Origin: Diplonema japonicum
Taxonomy: Eukaryota > Protista > Euglenozoa: Diplonemea
Assembly (NCBI GenBank): GCA_964019335.1
Contig: OZ025707.1
Coordinates: 248,001 to 312,000, forward strand
DNA length: 64,000 bases
Direction of reading: 5' to 3'
Below the pieces are notes generated by a model. That model worked only from the letters and a program-made list of their open reading frames with translations. It did no database searches and was not told where the DNA came from. Made by a program: the position numbers and the translations under genes. Within the stretch, counting starts at the first letter, position 1; each line of letters begins with the position of its first letter. This document shows, piece by piece, positions 13,121-24,045 of this stretch.

Positions 13121-16100
13121 ATGGGGAATGGAAGCAGCATCAAAGATGGCCTCCGAGAGAACAACACCTGGAATGAAGACGTTGAAGAAGGCCTCAAGGA
13201 GTGGAGACGGAAAAAAGAAGCCAACCCCTTCACAGAAGAAGCCATCACCGTGAAAGGAGAAGACAACATACACGTGTGGGGGGTCCACAGAAAATATCAA
13301 ATAGAAGACGAAGATGTTCAAAAGGTGAATAACGCCTACATAGAAGCCGGCAACCGGTGGAACAGCAGCGGGAAGCAATGGGCGGCTTTGTTCACATCGT
13401 TACTATCTGAACCTATCTCGCAGGGTGCCTCAGGAAACTGGGTTGCGAAGATGGCGTCATTGGAGACAGATTTCTTCAGTGCAGCTTACACAGAACTACC
13501 GGAACTGCAGTGGACAGAGGTGTCGCGGAACATATCGTCGGCGGCTGAGAACAACATTGTGTACTTCTCCGCCCCGCCCAGCCACCACAGTATGTTAAAA
13601 CACATACGAACTGCTTTGAGATGCTTTGTGAAGTCCGTCCGCCGCATCCCTCTCCACCCGCTCCGCGGGGTTACCATTCCTTACACAGTCGCCTTTCGGT
13701 ATTCAAGCCGATACATCCTGTGCATGCCCGCACCCGACGTTCCTTTGAAACGCATTGAAGAAAATTTGTCGGATGTGGTCTCGTCAACGCTGAACCACAT
13801 GGTGAAGGGGCAGACACAGATATCCACCGCCATCGAACCAAACGGGGTGTGCCATGTCCTTCCGGGGAATATCATATCGCAGAGCTTGCGCACATCGGAT
13901 GGGACCAACGCGGGACCTGTATTGGGATGTGTCACCAGCTTGACTGACGGCGACAGTTGTGCAGAGATAGTCGCAAAACTGCACGGGTTCGGGCTCAGCG
14001 TTGGACACCTCGGTTGTCTGTACACCTTGGCCGTGTCGTTGACAACAAAACAAAACCTCTTTGTGGAGATGGTCAGTAGATCAGGGCGGAGGATCTGGTC
14101 GTCAGAGATCCTCAACGAGTCGGAACACAAGGCGTTGCAAGTAACCGGCGAGTTGCTACGCTGCGACGGATCCACATGGCTCGATAAAGTAAGCAAAGAC
14201 ATCAACGACTCCTACAATGTCGATGTCAGCACTGTGAAAGTCCCGAAAGAGCTCATTCAAAAGATCTGGATGCGCATGTGTGAGCTCTGCGGGATATCCA
14301 TTAAAGGAGGCACGCCCGACCAGATCTTGCCGGTTCACTTGTCGCCGTTCGACAAGAAGCTGTTCTCCTCCGACCACACCATCCCCCACCTCCGGTCTTT
14401 GAGGGACAGCGAAGCCTCGGAAGCAACACCGACCTTCGTAGCCGCCGCCACATTGCTCGCATTGGTCGAGCTCGGTGACGCTGGTTCCATGGACCCCGCG
14501 AAACAACACCTTGAACAACTCTCAAAAACCCCCGACACACCAGGAGCGGTTCCCATCGGCTGCCTGTTTTCCTACGCCGGTCGAATTCTACAAGACCCTG
14601 AATTGTCCAAACAAGGCTGGATACTTCAGCAACGCCCCCCAGAAGCGTTGTGGAGCCTTCTCGACGTCTACATACAAGCAGGCCAATACACGGAAGCACT
14701 GGATTGTTACAAACAAGGCTGCGTGGGTTTGAAGGAGAGCAGATTCGCGAAGCACGTCGGGAACCAGCTTGGAGAGATCGGGTCGATTCTGGTGGGGGAG
14801 GGTGATTTGGACAACGGGGAACGCGGCCTGCAGGAAGCGGCAGGGCTGCTGAGAAACCTCGGCGGGGTCGAGACAGTCCAACTGGAGGCGGTTCTGAACA
14901 ATCTCGGAGCGTGCCTTCACAAACAAGGCTCGCACCGGTTGGACGAAGCGATTGAAATTTACAGAGAACTGGCAAAGAGCTGTGATGCTTCAAACCAAAT
15001 GTCTACTCTGAACAACCTTGCGACCCTGCTGTTCCACAAGCGGACCGGAATGTCGTGGAGGGAGGCCGAACAATTTTACCAAATCGCGTTGGAGATCGCG
15101 GAAAACCTCCCAATCTCCGACAAAATCGAGGTCGAAAAGGCGCAAATGAACAAGAATCTGACGATCCTTCGCAACGTCCGGCGAAAGTGGGCCATCCTCA
15201 AGATACAATGCTGCGTGCGCTGCTACCTCTCCCGAACAAGGTGCGCGAGAATGAAAGCAAGACACGAGCTCCCAATGATCTTACAGGTCCTTACCAAGGA
15301 CGACTGTCACGGTCTGTATTACCTACTGGACCATCACTTCTGGAAGGCGGGACACCCCACCTGGAAGCATTGCATCTCCACCAACAACGAGACGACCTTC
15401 AACCACATACACAGGATCTCCGGGTTGTGGAACGTGTCCCTGATCGACGAAGCCACGCTTCGTGTTGAGTCCTTGCGGCATTCTCCGGATGCTCACGCCT
15501 TGACCCCCGACTTGTGTTCCGAGTGGTCGCGGCCTACCGTTATTGTGAACCCGCTTTTGCACCTTTGTAACTTAGAAGCCGTTGTGAGGGAGATGATAGC
15601 GAGTTTTGAAGGCGTTGCCCTCGAAGGTGTTCTGAGCGTGTCTGCAGTGTCGTGTGAAATGGCCGAGGTGTTGCGGGGTTGTGCTGTGGCGATGGAGGAG
15701 GAACGCGTGCGGGGAACGGTTTGTGAGAAAATAAAGTAAAAATAAAAATAAAATAAAACGCTCTCCCCCCCCCCCAGATCGAAACCGAATGTGAATTGAA
15801 ATATAAATCCATCGATGAGATGTTGTCCTTGATGATGGTACATTGGGGGAAAAGAAAAAAAAAAAAAAAAGGATGAAGCGAACCTCCGTTCAGGAACGGA
15901 ACAGGAAGAAACCTCGGAACGGAAAACCCTTGCCGAAGGCCTGGGGGACCTGAGCCACGCGACCCTGGCGAACGAGAGGCGCGGGCTCGAACAAAAAGAA
16001 GAGGAAGCGAGAAACTACTGCGAGGAAGGGATTGAAAGAGAAGTTCTAAAGGAGCGCTGGGAGAGAATAAAGGTGGAAGACGAAGAGCAGGAGGCCACAA

Positions 16101-16392
16101 GGAGTCTCGGCGTTGCAAGGAAGCTCAGTAGCGAGGAGCAAGAAGAGAGGGAGGCTTTGAAGGCAGAACACGAAACCGGTTCAAAAAAATTGCTCCTCGC
16201 TCAGCTCAAAGAGGCACAGCAGATAGCCGCCGCACGAGGAGAGCGTCACTGCGCCGAGGCACAAGAAGTCCTGAAAACAAGATTCCTACAGGTGGCCCAG
16301 GACACACAACACACCGAGCGCGCAGAATTCATGAAGATTCTAGTCAACGAGGAAGAGTCCATCAGGAACCTGGTATGTTCTTTTCCAAGCAC

Positions 16393-16434
<42 letters not shown>

Positions 16435-16546
16435 CAAAAAGATCGCTTCAGGATCCCACTTCGACGTCAACAATCTACAAGCTTTGAGGGTACAACAACT
16501 ATGCGATGCTGAGACGGAGATGCGTAACCAGGTAAAAAGAGAATGG

Positions 16547-16578
<32 letters not shown>

Positions 16579-17932
16579 AACCCTTCCCCTCTCCCACCTC
16601 CCTCCCTAGATCACGCGTATAGAGCAGATGGCATACACGGAGCACCGGCAAAGAGCCCAGTTTGAGACAGAGGAGCAAACCGCACGGGAGTGCATCGAAG
16701 CGGAAAGAGCAGAGGAAACGGCAAAGCAGCTCGAAAACTCCTCCTTGGCTACCGCACAGTTGCAAATAGTTCAAGACAACGAGACGACCTCCCGAGCGTG
16801 CCTCGAGGCGATGGAGCTGATGGAGAGGGAGACCCAAGGGCGCACCGTGTTGAAAGGCTGCGAGGACCAACAATTCACCACAACAGTTGCAGCTCACACC
16901 GGATCGGTCGTGAGGGAAGCAATGATTCAGAACGAGGAACAGTCCAGAGATGCAATCGCACGAGAGGAGTCGGAAGCCGCAAACAGAACGGATGAAGAGA
17001 AAACAATCCTGGAAAAGGAGGCTTGTCGCAGGGAGGAAATCGAAAAGGAGGACTCCGTTGCTATTGTGGACATGCTCAACGAAGCTGCTGTGAACCGGAA
17101 AGCAGCGGCGCACAAAGCATCCGTCAGACAGGAGCTGCAAGCTGTCATCGAGTGCAGCCTGAAAATCGTTTCCGACACAGCTTCCAAGCAGCGAATCGAG
17201 ATGGAGGCGGAGGAACAACTCGACTTCGAAAGAATCCACCGCAGGATCGCGTCGTCTCTGCAGGACCTCACAGAAGACCTTGCCCGTACAGAATCCTCAC
17301 ACCGTGCTGTGCTACTCATTGAAGAGAGCCGCAGATACCTGTCGCTGAGCGAAGGCATGGCAACGGAGCTCCTATCGGTACTGAACACAAAGGTCGCCGG
17401 TTCCTTGCAAAGGGAAGAGCAAATACTTCTCTTCAGAATTGCTTACATGAAAGAGCAACGTGCCATCGCCAAGGAAGAGTGCGAGGAGTGGGTGGAGCTG
17501 CTGTGCAGGTTTAAAAAGAAACGCGTCAACGGGAAGGTACCCTTGCAGGCGGTTAAGGAAGCCAAGCCTCCTATCCGGGAGCTAAACCTGCGTGGGGTCG
17601 ACGCTCTTGTGCAGCATGAAAAGAACGAGCGCTTCACCATCAAAGGCGAAGCGGCGTGTGCATTGGACACGCTCTTCTCGCAACAGAAAGCCGACTTCTT
17701 CCTCATCCAAGCGCGTGCCCGGCATATGAGCATGCTGCACTCACGCCCTCTCCTCGCCAAGAAGCAAGACGCGGTTGAGCGGCTCAAGGAGTCCGAGCCC
17801 GTCTACCGGCACTCCATCCTAACAGCGTACGCCCTTGGCATCAGACGCCTCCTGTGGTCCGCCGAGCAACAGCACACCTCCATCATCATGAATGAGGTTA
17901 GATTGATGAGGCCTCTGTCACCGAGCTTCTGA
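13121..17932 (+). CDS. Clu-like domain + TPR + IQ motif + long coiled-coil protein; exons 13121-15718, 15778-15837, 15872-16372, 16442-16531, 16610-17932
   Basis: MGNGSS start (possible myristoylation); LHGFGLSVGHLG..LFVEMVSRS is Clu-like; NNLG/NNLA TPRs; IQCCVRCYLSR is an IQ motif. Four phase-0 GT-AG introns (15719-15777, 15838-15871, 16373-16441, 16532-16609) link three ORF-track ORFs in frame. Confidence 0.7.
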
Positions 17933-17938
17933 AAAACA

Positions 17939-17977
<39 letters not shown>

Positions 17978-18146
17978 ACACACCCGATATGTTGTATAAA
18001 TTTATTTTTATTTCTTGTTGTTGTTGTTGTTAAAAATGGATCAAAACACAAACGCTTTCCAGCGTTTGGGGAGAACGGGGGGAAGGGGGGGGGGGGGGGG
18101 TGAAACACAGTTTTTTTTTTTCCCTCCGCTTCCCATTTAAAAACCA

Positions 18147-18529
18147 CAACACCACCAGGCAGTCTCCCACAGACCTAGCATATGTGAACTGTGAGGGGTT
18201 GGGGAAGAACGGATGAGAGGGAGGCCTTCAAAGGTCTGTTCCTGACACCGATGGGGATGGGCGCCGTGCACTATTTCAAGGAGGTGTCGATGGGCGACGA
18301 TGCTGTGAAGGTGCTGGCCGTCACAAGAGAGAGCATAATGCTGTTCACCAAGGAGTGCGGGCTGCAAGGCGTTGTGGCAATCGGTTCGGTGGTAGCGTGC
18401 GTGTGCGGGTTGGAAGGCTGGATCGCCGTGCACACCGAAGACAGGTGCCTGGCGTTCCAGTGCAAAGACCAACAACAATTTTATCTGGCTCGTTTTCAAC
18501 CTCTTCAGGCAGCTTCCTTTGAACAACTC
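18147..18529 (+). pseudogene. 5' fragment of a duplicate of the response-regulator gene at 47831 (ATG deleted, indels)
   Basis: Near-identical to about 47804-48221 (REAFKGLFLTPMGMG..CKDQQQF). The ATG-containing segment is missing and the copy is truncated at its 3' end. Confidence 0.85.
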
Positions 18530-19359
18530 AAAAGACTCCTCAGAGAACGAAACTTCTGTTATCGTTGTCCCCTCCCATCCTTTTTTAACCCATAAAGGAC
18601 CGGAGCTGATTCATCAGTCAGTAAGTAAAGAAATTTAAAATTCTGGCTCTAAGGCATTTGTAATGCTCCTACAGCCCTTCTTTAAAGATTTTCTTTTTAT
18701 ACTGAACGTTGTCTTGCCCGTAAATCTTTGCATCAAAACTGCAAGGGGAGAGAGAAAAAAAAAAAAAAAAGAAATAGTGGCAAAATTTAACATGCCAAAT
18801 CGTGCCAAGATTTTTAACACGCCAAAACCTTGCAGACCGGGAGGAAGGCTGTGATATTTTCAAGGCAAAATTTAACATTCGCAATGAAATGAAGAAAAAA
18901 CGGATGCTATTCGGGGCGTCACAGCCAGGAATGGTACTGGACGGGGTGGAGAGCAAAATGATAGGGAAGAGGGGAAGAGGGGTGGACAGGTTACGATAGC
19001 GAGAGAACCGAGACAGGCGTCACGACACATCGACGGCCTCGGGATCGGACAAGATGACAGAGTACAGCACCTCAAAATCGCAATAGGCGCAACCCGCTGG
19101 TTGCACACTTTCAACATGTATGCGAAGTAAGGAAGAACTCGAGCAGAAGAAATCAAGATCACAGGTCGACCCCAAATAACATCGGGGGGGGAGTCGATCC
19201 CGGGCCTCAGGATTGGTAGCCGGCCTGACCAGAAATTAACGTCCCGAAGGAACTTACTTCCTGGCATTAAATAGCTATTATTATACAAATTTTCGTTTTT
19301 AGAGTAACATCCAATCCCCAACACAGTCCACTCTACCTAAACAACAACAACAACAAAAT

Positions 19360-21153
19360 ATGGATCCGTCGGTACTTCAGAAGTACGAGCAAGGGGAGTA
19401 CCTCGGGTCCGGCGGACAGGGGTCGGTGTACAAGGCAGTGAGGAGGGTGGATGGAGATATCTTTGCGATGAAGGTGTTGAAGGCACACACTGAAGAGGAG
19501 CACAGGAAGAACATGGAGGAGGTGCGGCACATGCTGATGCTGCAACACAAGAACCTGGTTCCCTGCCTTGACTTCTTCGAGACGACAAAGCAGCTGGCAA
19601 AGGAATCCCTGGCCAAGGTGTGGCAGCTTCACATCGTGATGCCCCTGTACGGAAAAGGGGACCTCTACTCATACGTCAAAAAGGGGGGACCCCTCTCTCT
19701 GGAGAGAGCGTACACGCTCTTGCGGGAGATGGGAGGGGTCCTTCAGTACATTCACGACAAGGGCTTCATCCACAGGGACGTGAAACCCCAAAACATCATG
19801 GTGTCAGGGAAAGGACCTCTTTCTGCGGCCAGTGTTGTTGGTGGCGGCGGGGGGGAGGCAGAGTTCATACTTGCTGACCTGGGACTGTCGAAGGAGGTGT
19901 CCCCCGGTGAGGAAGCGGACTCCTTGTCAGGCACAAAAATTTACATGGCACCTGACTACTTTAACGACTGCTACACCAACAAAGTAGACATGTGGGCCCT
20001 CGGGGTGACTGTGTGTCACATGTTTCTCCAAGCAGACCTGAGGGATCTCTTTCTGAAGTACCTGCATCTTGACCGTGGGCTTGTGATGAAGAAGCTTCAA
20101 ACCCACCTCCCCCCTGCCCTTCGGAAGGTTGTGTTCCGCCTCCTCTCCACCGACCCTTTGGAACGCCCCAGTGCACTGGAGATGCTGCAGATAGTACCAA
20201 TACCAATGGTTCCTCAGACGCCAAGTATAGTTCTTCTTGCTGTTGGGAGTGTTGGTGGAGAAGAATGGAAAATGAGGCTCCGCGTGGCTGTGGGAGCAGG
20301 AGCGGAGGAGGTTCGTGTGGCGGCAGCAAAGGCCTTCTCTTCTGGTGGGCAGGAACTCCTCAGGGTTCGCAGGTTGGAGGTCTTCGACAAGGACTTCGAG
20401 GAGTTCGTGGTGCAGAAGGACGACGGGGACATCGTGTTCGAGGACAAAGGACGGGTCCGTGTCGTGTTTGAAGCACCGCTCCCAAGCACCACCTCTTCAA
20501 CCACCAGTGTCGGCAGCGACATTCACCCACCTGCTGCGAACAGCACCACCCTCACAACAGAGGAGGGGAGGCTTGCCTTGGTCGGCGCTGTTTCAAAAGG
20601 GGACCTTGAGGAGATGGAACTTGTTCTAAAACGGGGTGTTGACCCTGGTGCAACGGACAGCGATGGTTTCACAGCCCTTCACTATGCAGCTCGCGAAAAC
20701 AACTGTATCGGGGCTGTGGCTGCTCTCGTTTGTTCTTACCACCAGGACCCTGGTGTCAGAAGCAACAACGGTTGGACACCAGTTCATCTAGCAGCATTGA
20801 ACGGCCACTTCGAGACAGTTAAATATCTTGTTGAAACTCTCGGTCAAGACGCAGGTGTGAAAAGCAACGATGGTTGGACACCGCTTCATGCTGCAGCACA
20901 GAACGGCCACTTCGAGACAGTTAAATATCTCGTCGAATCTCTCGGTCAAGACGCAGGTGTCAAAAACAACGACGGTCGCACACCGGTTCATATTGCAGCT
21001 GATAACTGCCACCTCGAGACAATAGAATATCTTGTTGAAACTCTCGGTCAGAACGTAGGTGTGAAAAGCATCGACAGTCGGACACCAGCGATGAAGCAGC
21101 GAAGCAACAAGAAGACATGGTCGTCGTGGCGTGGCACAACATACACGCGCTGA
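19360..21153 (+). CDS. Ser/Thr kinase - ubiquitin-like linker - ankyrin repeat protein, copy 1 (about 5 ANK)
   Basis: GSGGQGSV, AMK, HRDVKPQN, DLG, YMAPD, KVDMWALG; then LEVFDKDFEEFV linker; then GWTPVHLAALNGH repeats. Confidence 0.85.
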   Translation: MDPSVLQKYEQGEYLGSGGQGSVYKAVRRVDGDIFAMKVLKAHTEEEHRKNMEEVRHMLMLQHKNLVPCLDFFETTKQLAKESLAKVWQLHIVMPLYGKGDLYSYVKKGGPLSLERAYTLLREMGGVLQYIHDKGFIHRDVKPQNIMVSGKGPLSAASVVGGGGGEAEFILADLGLSKEVSPGEEADSLSGTKIYMAPDYFNDCYTNKVDMWALGVTVCHMFLQADLRDLFLKYLHLDRGLVMKKLQTHLPPALRKVVFRLLSTDPLERPSALEMLQIVPIPMVPQTPSIVLLAVGSVGGEEWKMRLRVAVGAGAEEVRVAAAKAFSSGGQELLRVRRLEVFDKDFEEFVVQKDDGDIVFEDKGRVRVVFEAPLPSTTSSTTSVGSDIHPPAANSTTLTTEEGRLALVGAVSKGDLEEMELVLKRGVDPGATDSDGFTALHYAARENNCIGAVAALVCSYHQDPGVRSNNGWTPVHLAALNGHFETVKYLVETLGQDAGVKSNDGWTPLHAAAQNGHFETVKYLVESLGQDAGVKNNDGRTPVHIAADNCHLETIEYLVETLGQNVGVKSIDSRTPAMKQRSNKKTWSSWRGTTYTR

Positions 21154-21360
21154 TAACGAGACACATCTTTGTTGAAAAGCAAGTCAATATTTCGAAGACA
21201 CCGGGGGACCTGCCCCTCCGCAACAACTGCTCGATCGGAAGGCGGCTGAGACACTTATGATTTTATCAAGTGTTAATAAATGGGGTTGGGGGGAGGGGGA
21301 CAATTTCTGAGATTATTTTATACCCAGGGTGGTGGGGATAACACAGAAATATAGAATAAA

Positions 21361-21630
21361 GAAGTACATCAGATGTGTTGTTCGCTGTTGACCTCGTCGG
21401 TCATCACCGGTAGCGCCCGAGTGGAAGAACGTATCGCAGATGCTCAGGGTGACGAACAGGCAGCAAACTGCACGGGCTCAGAATCTTGGTTACCAGGGGG
21501 TACCATGGCTGGGGTTGAGTTGCACACCGCACGCATTAAGGACACGACACGGAACGCAGAAGAAGCTACAACTAGGCCGAGGCGCGCCCCCTGTAATCAA
21601 GTAGACGATACTTGTGCAGGGCGCCCTGCC
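21361..21630. repeat. Dispersed non-coding repeat X (other copies at 28694-28912, 36527-36621, 37648-37790)
   Basis: Shared blocks catcagatgtgttgttcgctgttgacctcgtcggtcatcaccggtagcgcccgagt and taaggacacgac..gccccctgtaatcaagtagac. Confidence 0.8.
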
Positions 21631-21756
21631 ACATACTGCAGGCACCCTTAAATAGTCTCTTTTTTGAACGGTGAGCACCCACCCGCACACCGAAATTTAT
21701 CAATTTTTTTTTTTAATTTTTTTGGGGGTTCTTGAATTTGGGTTAAAAGAAATAAA

Positions 21757-24036
21757 ATGACAACATCAACAACATCATCGACGTCCAGTGCGGTGGGAGC
21801 GACCTCCTCGAGGTTGAACCCCGGGCAACGGTGCCACATGGTGGGGGGTGGCAACGGCGAAGGCTTCGGCCGCGGGACGAACGGGGAGGTGGGCAAGGCG
21901 AAGGCCGAGCTCCTGACGAAGCTAGGAAGTGGAGTCTCGATCAGAGACTACTCCAAAACCGAAGGTGAGTGCCTCTACGAGGCGACCTCGGTAGCGATCC
22001 ACCAGGGCACCTCCGCTGGAGGGGCACTGAGGGAGCTGGTGGCCAGCCATCTGGCAGCCACCGACAACAGTGCGCTGTTGTACGCCCCAGAGCGCTACGG
22101 GGAGTACGTGCAAGCGGTGAGGGACGGGGCATGGGGAGACATCTTGCAGCTCCTCGCGGTCAGCCAGGTATGTCGGCGCCACCTGGCCTGCTACCAGGTG
22201 AAGGAAGGGAAGCTGCTGTGCACGTCTTTTGCTGCGCGCAACCCCGTAGTGAGCACCCCCATATACCTGGGGTTCGTAGCCGCTCACTACGTGACGCTGG
22301 AGGTGCGCGAGGGCACGGAGCTCCCGGCGGCGGGGACCTACAACAACCCGAAGGTCCCTATGCCCTACCTGAGCGAGGGGGCGAAGAAGAAGGCGGCTGC
22401 GACCGCAGCTGCAGCCGCGCGGAAGGCCAAGGACGGAGACGGCGAGACGAAGCCGAAGGAAGACGCGGTGCTGGTGGCGAACGGCTGGGAGGCGTTCTCT
22501 GGTGACTGGACGCCGCAGGTGGGCAGGAACAGGTCAGTCCTGCTCGTGCCGGCAGGGATGGAGAAGGAAGCGTCGCTGTGGCTGATGGACGCCGGCGACA
22601 AGGATGGTCCCACCCTGGTGTCCAGAAGCAAGCTCCCCACGATGCAGGGAGAGCAAGAGCAGGTGGTTCTTGCAACCGACGGCGGCAAAGGGAGGTGTGT
22701 CCGCAGGCTATGGGTGACCGCGAAGGGCGGCCCTCCGCTGAAGCAGGTCAAGCAAGCGACGACGGTCCCCGCGGTGGTAAGCTGTACCGCCGAGGTCTAC
22801 CTGGTAGAGAAGACCAAAAAGGACTTCCACAGCGCCAGGAGGGACCTCGTCCGCTGGGCTGCGAGCAAATGCGCAGGACGGGTCGAGCCAAGGTCAGGGT
22901 CAAAGAGGGACGGCTGCGCCGAGCTATGCCTGGTGGTGGCCCGGGCAGACCTGGACACCCTGTACCGACACAGCGGGACCGGTGGGGTCTTTGTGCGCCC
23001 TCCACACCAGTCGACAGGAAAGTTTCCGGTGCTGTGGATCGTAGGAGCCTCGGCTACTGACGTCGCACTCCTCGCGAAGCAAGCGGACGGGCTGGGTGTG
23101 GCCTGGAGCAAGAGCACGGGGGAGTTCGGAATCCGAGTGAAGGCGGAGAAGCTGGAAGAGATGACGGCCTTCCTGCAGAACAGGACGGCGAAGAAGGTGA
23201 AGGACACCCGGCCTACACCGATCAGAGGGACCCCCTACACCGTCAAGGGAATGGGAACGCTGGTCCCGGGGCTGGAGGTGGAGCAGAGGCTGCTCTCGAT
23301 CGGGTGGGCGGCACAAGCGGTACGCGTGCTAGCAAGTGGCAGGAAGACGTGCACGTGGCTGGTTGCGTCGGAGGCTGAACCGCCTGGCCTTCTGTTCGGG
23401 AGCGGCGACGAGCAGTGGGTGATCCGGCCGCATAACGGGGAGGGTGACCTGCTGAAGCACTCCACATGGGGGAGCAGAGGTGGGCCGAGGAAACCGACGC
23501 CAGCCTCTCCACCTGCTGCCAAGAAGAGCACGAAGTCGAATGACTTCCCCCCCCTACGAACCGCCGCGCAGCCTCGACCTGCCAAGCAACCGAAGCAACC
23601 GAAGCGGGACGGCGAAGCTGAGCAGTCGTTCCACTCGTGGTGGCAGGCCAAGGAGGCCGAGTTCGCGGAGAAGGATCGCCGACACGAGGAGACGATGGCG
23701 AAGCTCCATCACGAACAGCAGAGGAGGCAGGCTGACCAGGAGGCCATGTCGAAGGCGCTACGGGACGCACTGAACAAGATTGTCCGGATGCAAGAGGAGC
23801 AGGAGCGAACGCAAGCCCGGCTGATGGAGGTGGAGCAGCAGCTTACCGAGTTGGCGGCGGTTGCGCTGACAAGCAGTGGCAGCAGGAAGAGAACGGCAGG
23901 CGGTGAAGAAAAAGGCGGGAAGGTGTCGAAGTCCGGCGCGAGGTCCACAGCGAGCACCCCCACGCAGATGGCGGTCGACCCGCAGCACCCAACCACCCCG
24001 CTGCTGCTGCCCCAAGGGCCGGCGCAACAACAATAG
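21757..24036 (+). CDS. LINE ORF1 with N-terminal OTU-like cysteine protease and C-terminal coiled coil
   Basis: EGECLY (Cys codon 21970), LRELVASHL, GAWGDILQL, IYLGFVAAHY (His codon 22285); coiled coil EKDRRHEETMAKL..EQQLTEL. Confidence 0.8.
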   Translation: MTTSTTSSTSSAVGATSSRLNPGQRCHMVGGGNGEGFGRGTNGEVGKAKAELLTKLGSGVSIRDYSKTEGECLYEATSVAIHQGTSAGGALRELVASHLAATDNSALLYAPERYGEYVQAVRDGAWGDILQLLAVSQVCRRHLACYQVKEGKLLCTSFAARNPVVSTPIYLGFVAAHYVTLEVREGTELPAAGTYNNPKVPMPYLSEGAKKKAAATAAAAARKAKDGDGETKPKEDAVLVANGWEAFSGDWTPQVGRNRSVLLVPAGMEKEASLWLMDAGDKDGPTLVSRSKLPTMQGEQEQVVLATDGGKGRCVRRLWVTAKGGPPLKQVKQATTVPAVVSCTAEVYLVEKTKKDFHSARRDLVRWAASKCAGRVEPRSGSKRDGCAELCLVVARADLDTLYRHSGTGGVFVRPPHQSTGKFPVLWIVGASATDVALLAKQADGLGVAWSKSTGEFGIRVKAEKLEEMTAFLQNRTAKKVKDTRPTPIRGTPYTVKGMGTLVPGLEVEQRLLSIGWAAQAVRVLASGRKTCTWLVASEAEPPGLLFGSGDEQWVIRPHNGEGDLLKHSTWGSRGGPRKPTPASPPAAKKSTKSNDFPPLRTAAQPRPAKQPKQPKRDGEAEQSFHSWWQAKEAEFAEKDRRHEETMAKLHHEQQRRQADQEAMSKALRDALNKIVRMQEEQERTQARLMEVEQQLTELAAVALTSSGSRKRTAGGEEKGGKVSKSGARSTASTPTQMAVDPQHPTTPLLLPQGPAQQQ

Positions 24037-24045
24037 CAATTACAG
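24031..24045 (+). promoter_or_regulatory. Putative programmed stop-codon readthrough signal CAA-TAG-CAA-TTA-CAG (TMV-type UAG-CARYYA)
   Basis: This is the only stop between the same-frame ORF1 and ORF2, and its context is identical to the tobamovirus leaky stop. Confidence 0.75.

Noticed and set aside
18960-19270. Possible retroelement 3' end upstream of kinase copy 1
   Set aside because: There is a short coding-like stretch but no diagnostic motif and no second copy in the window.
21361-21420. C/D snoRNA or U3 in repeat X
   Set aside because: The C-D spacing is only about 39 nt, and no rRNA guide or box A/B could be identified.
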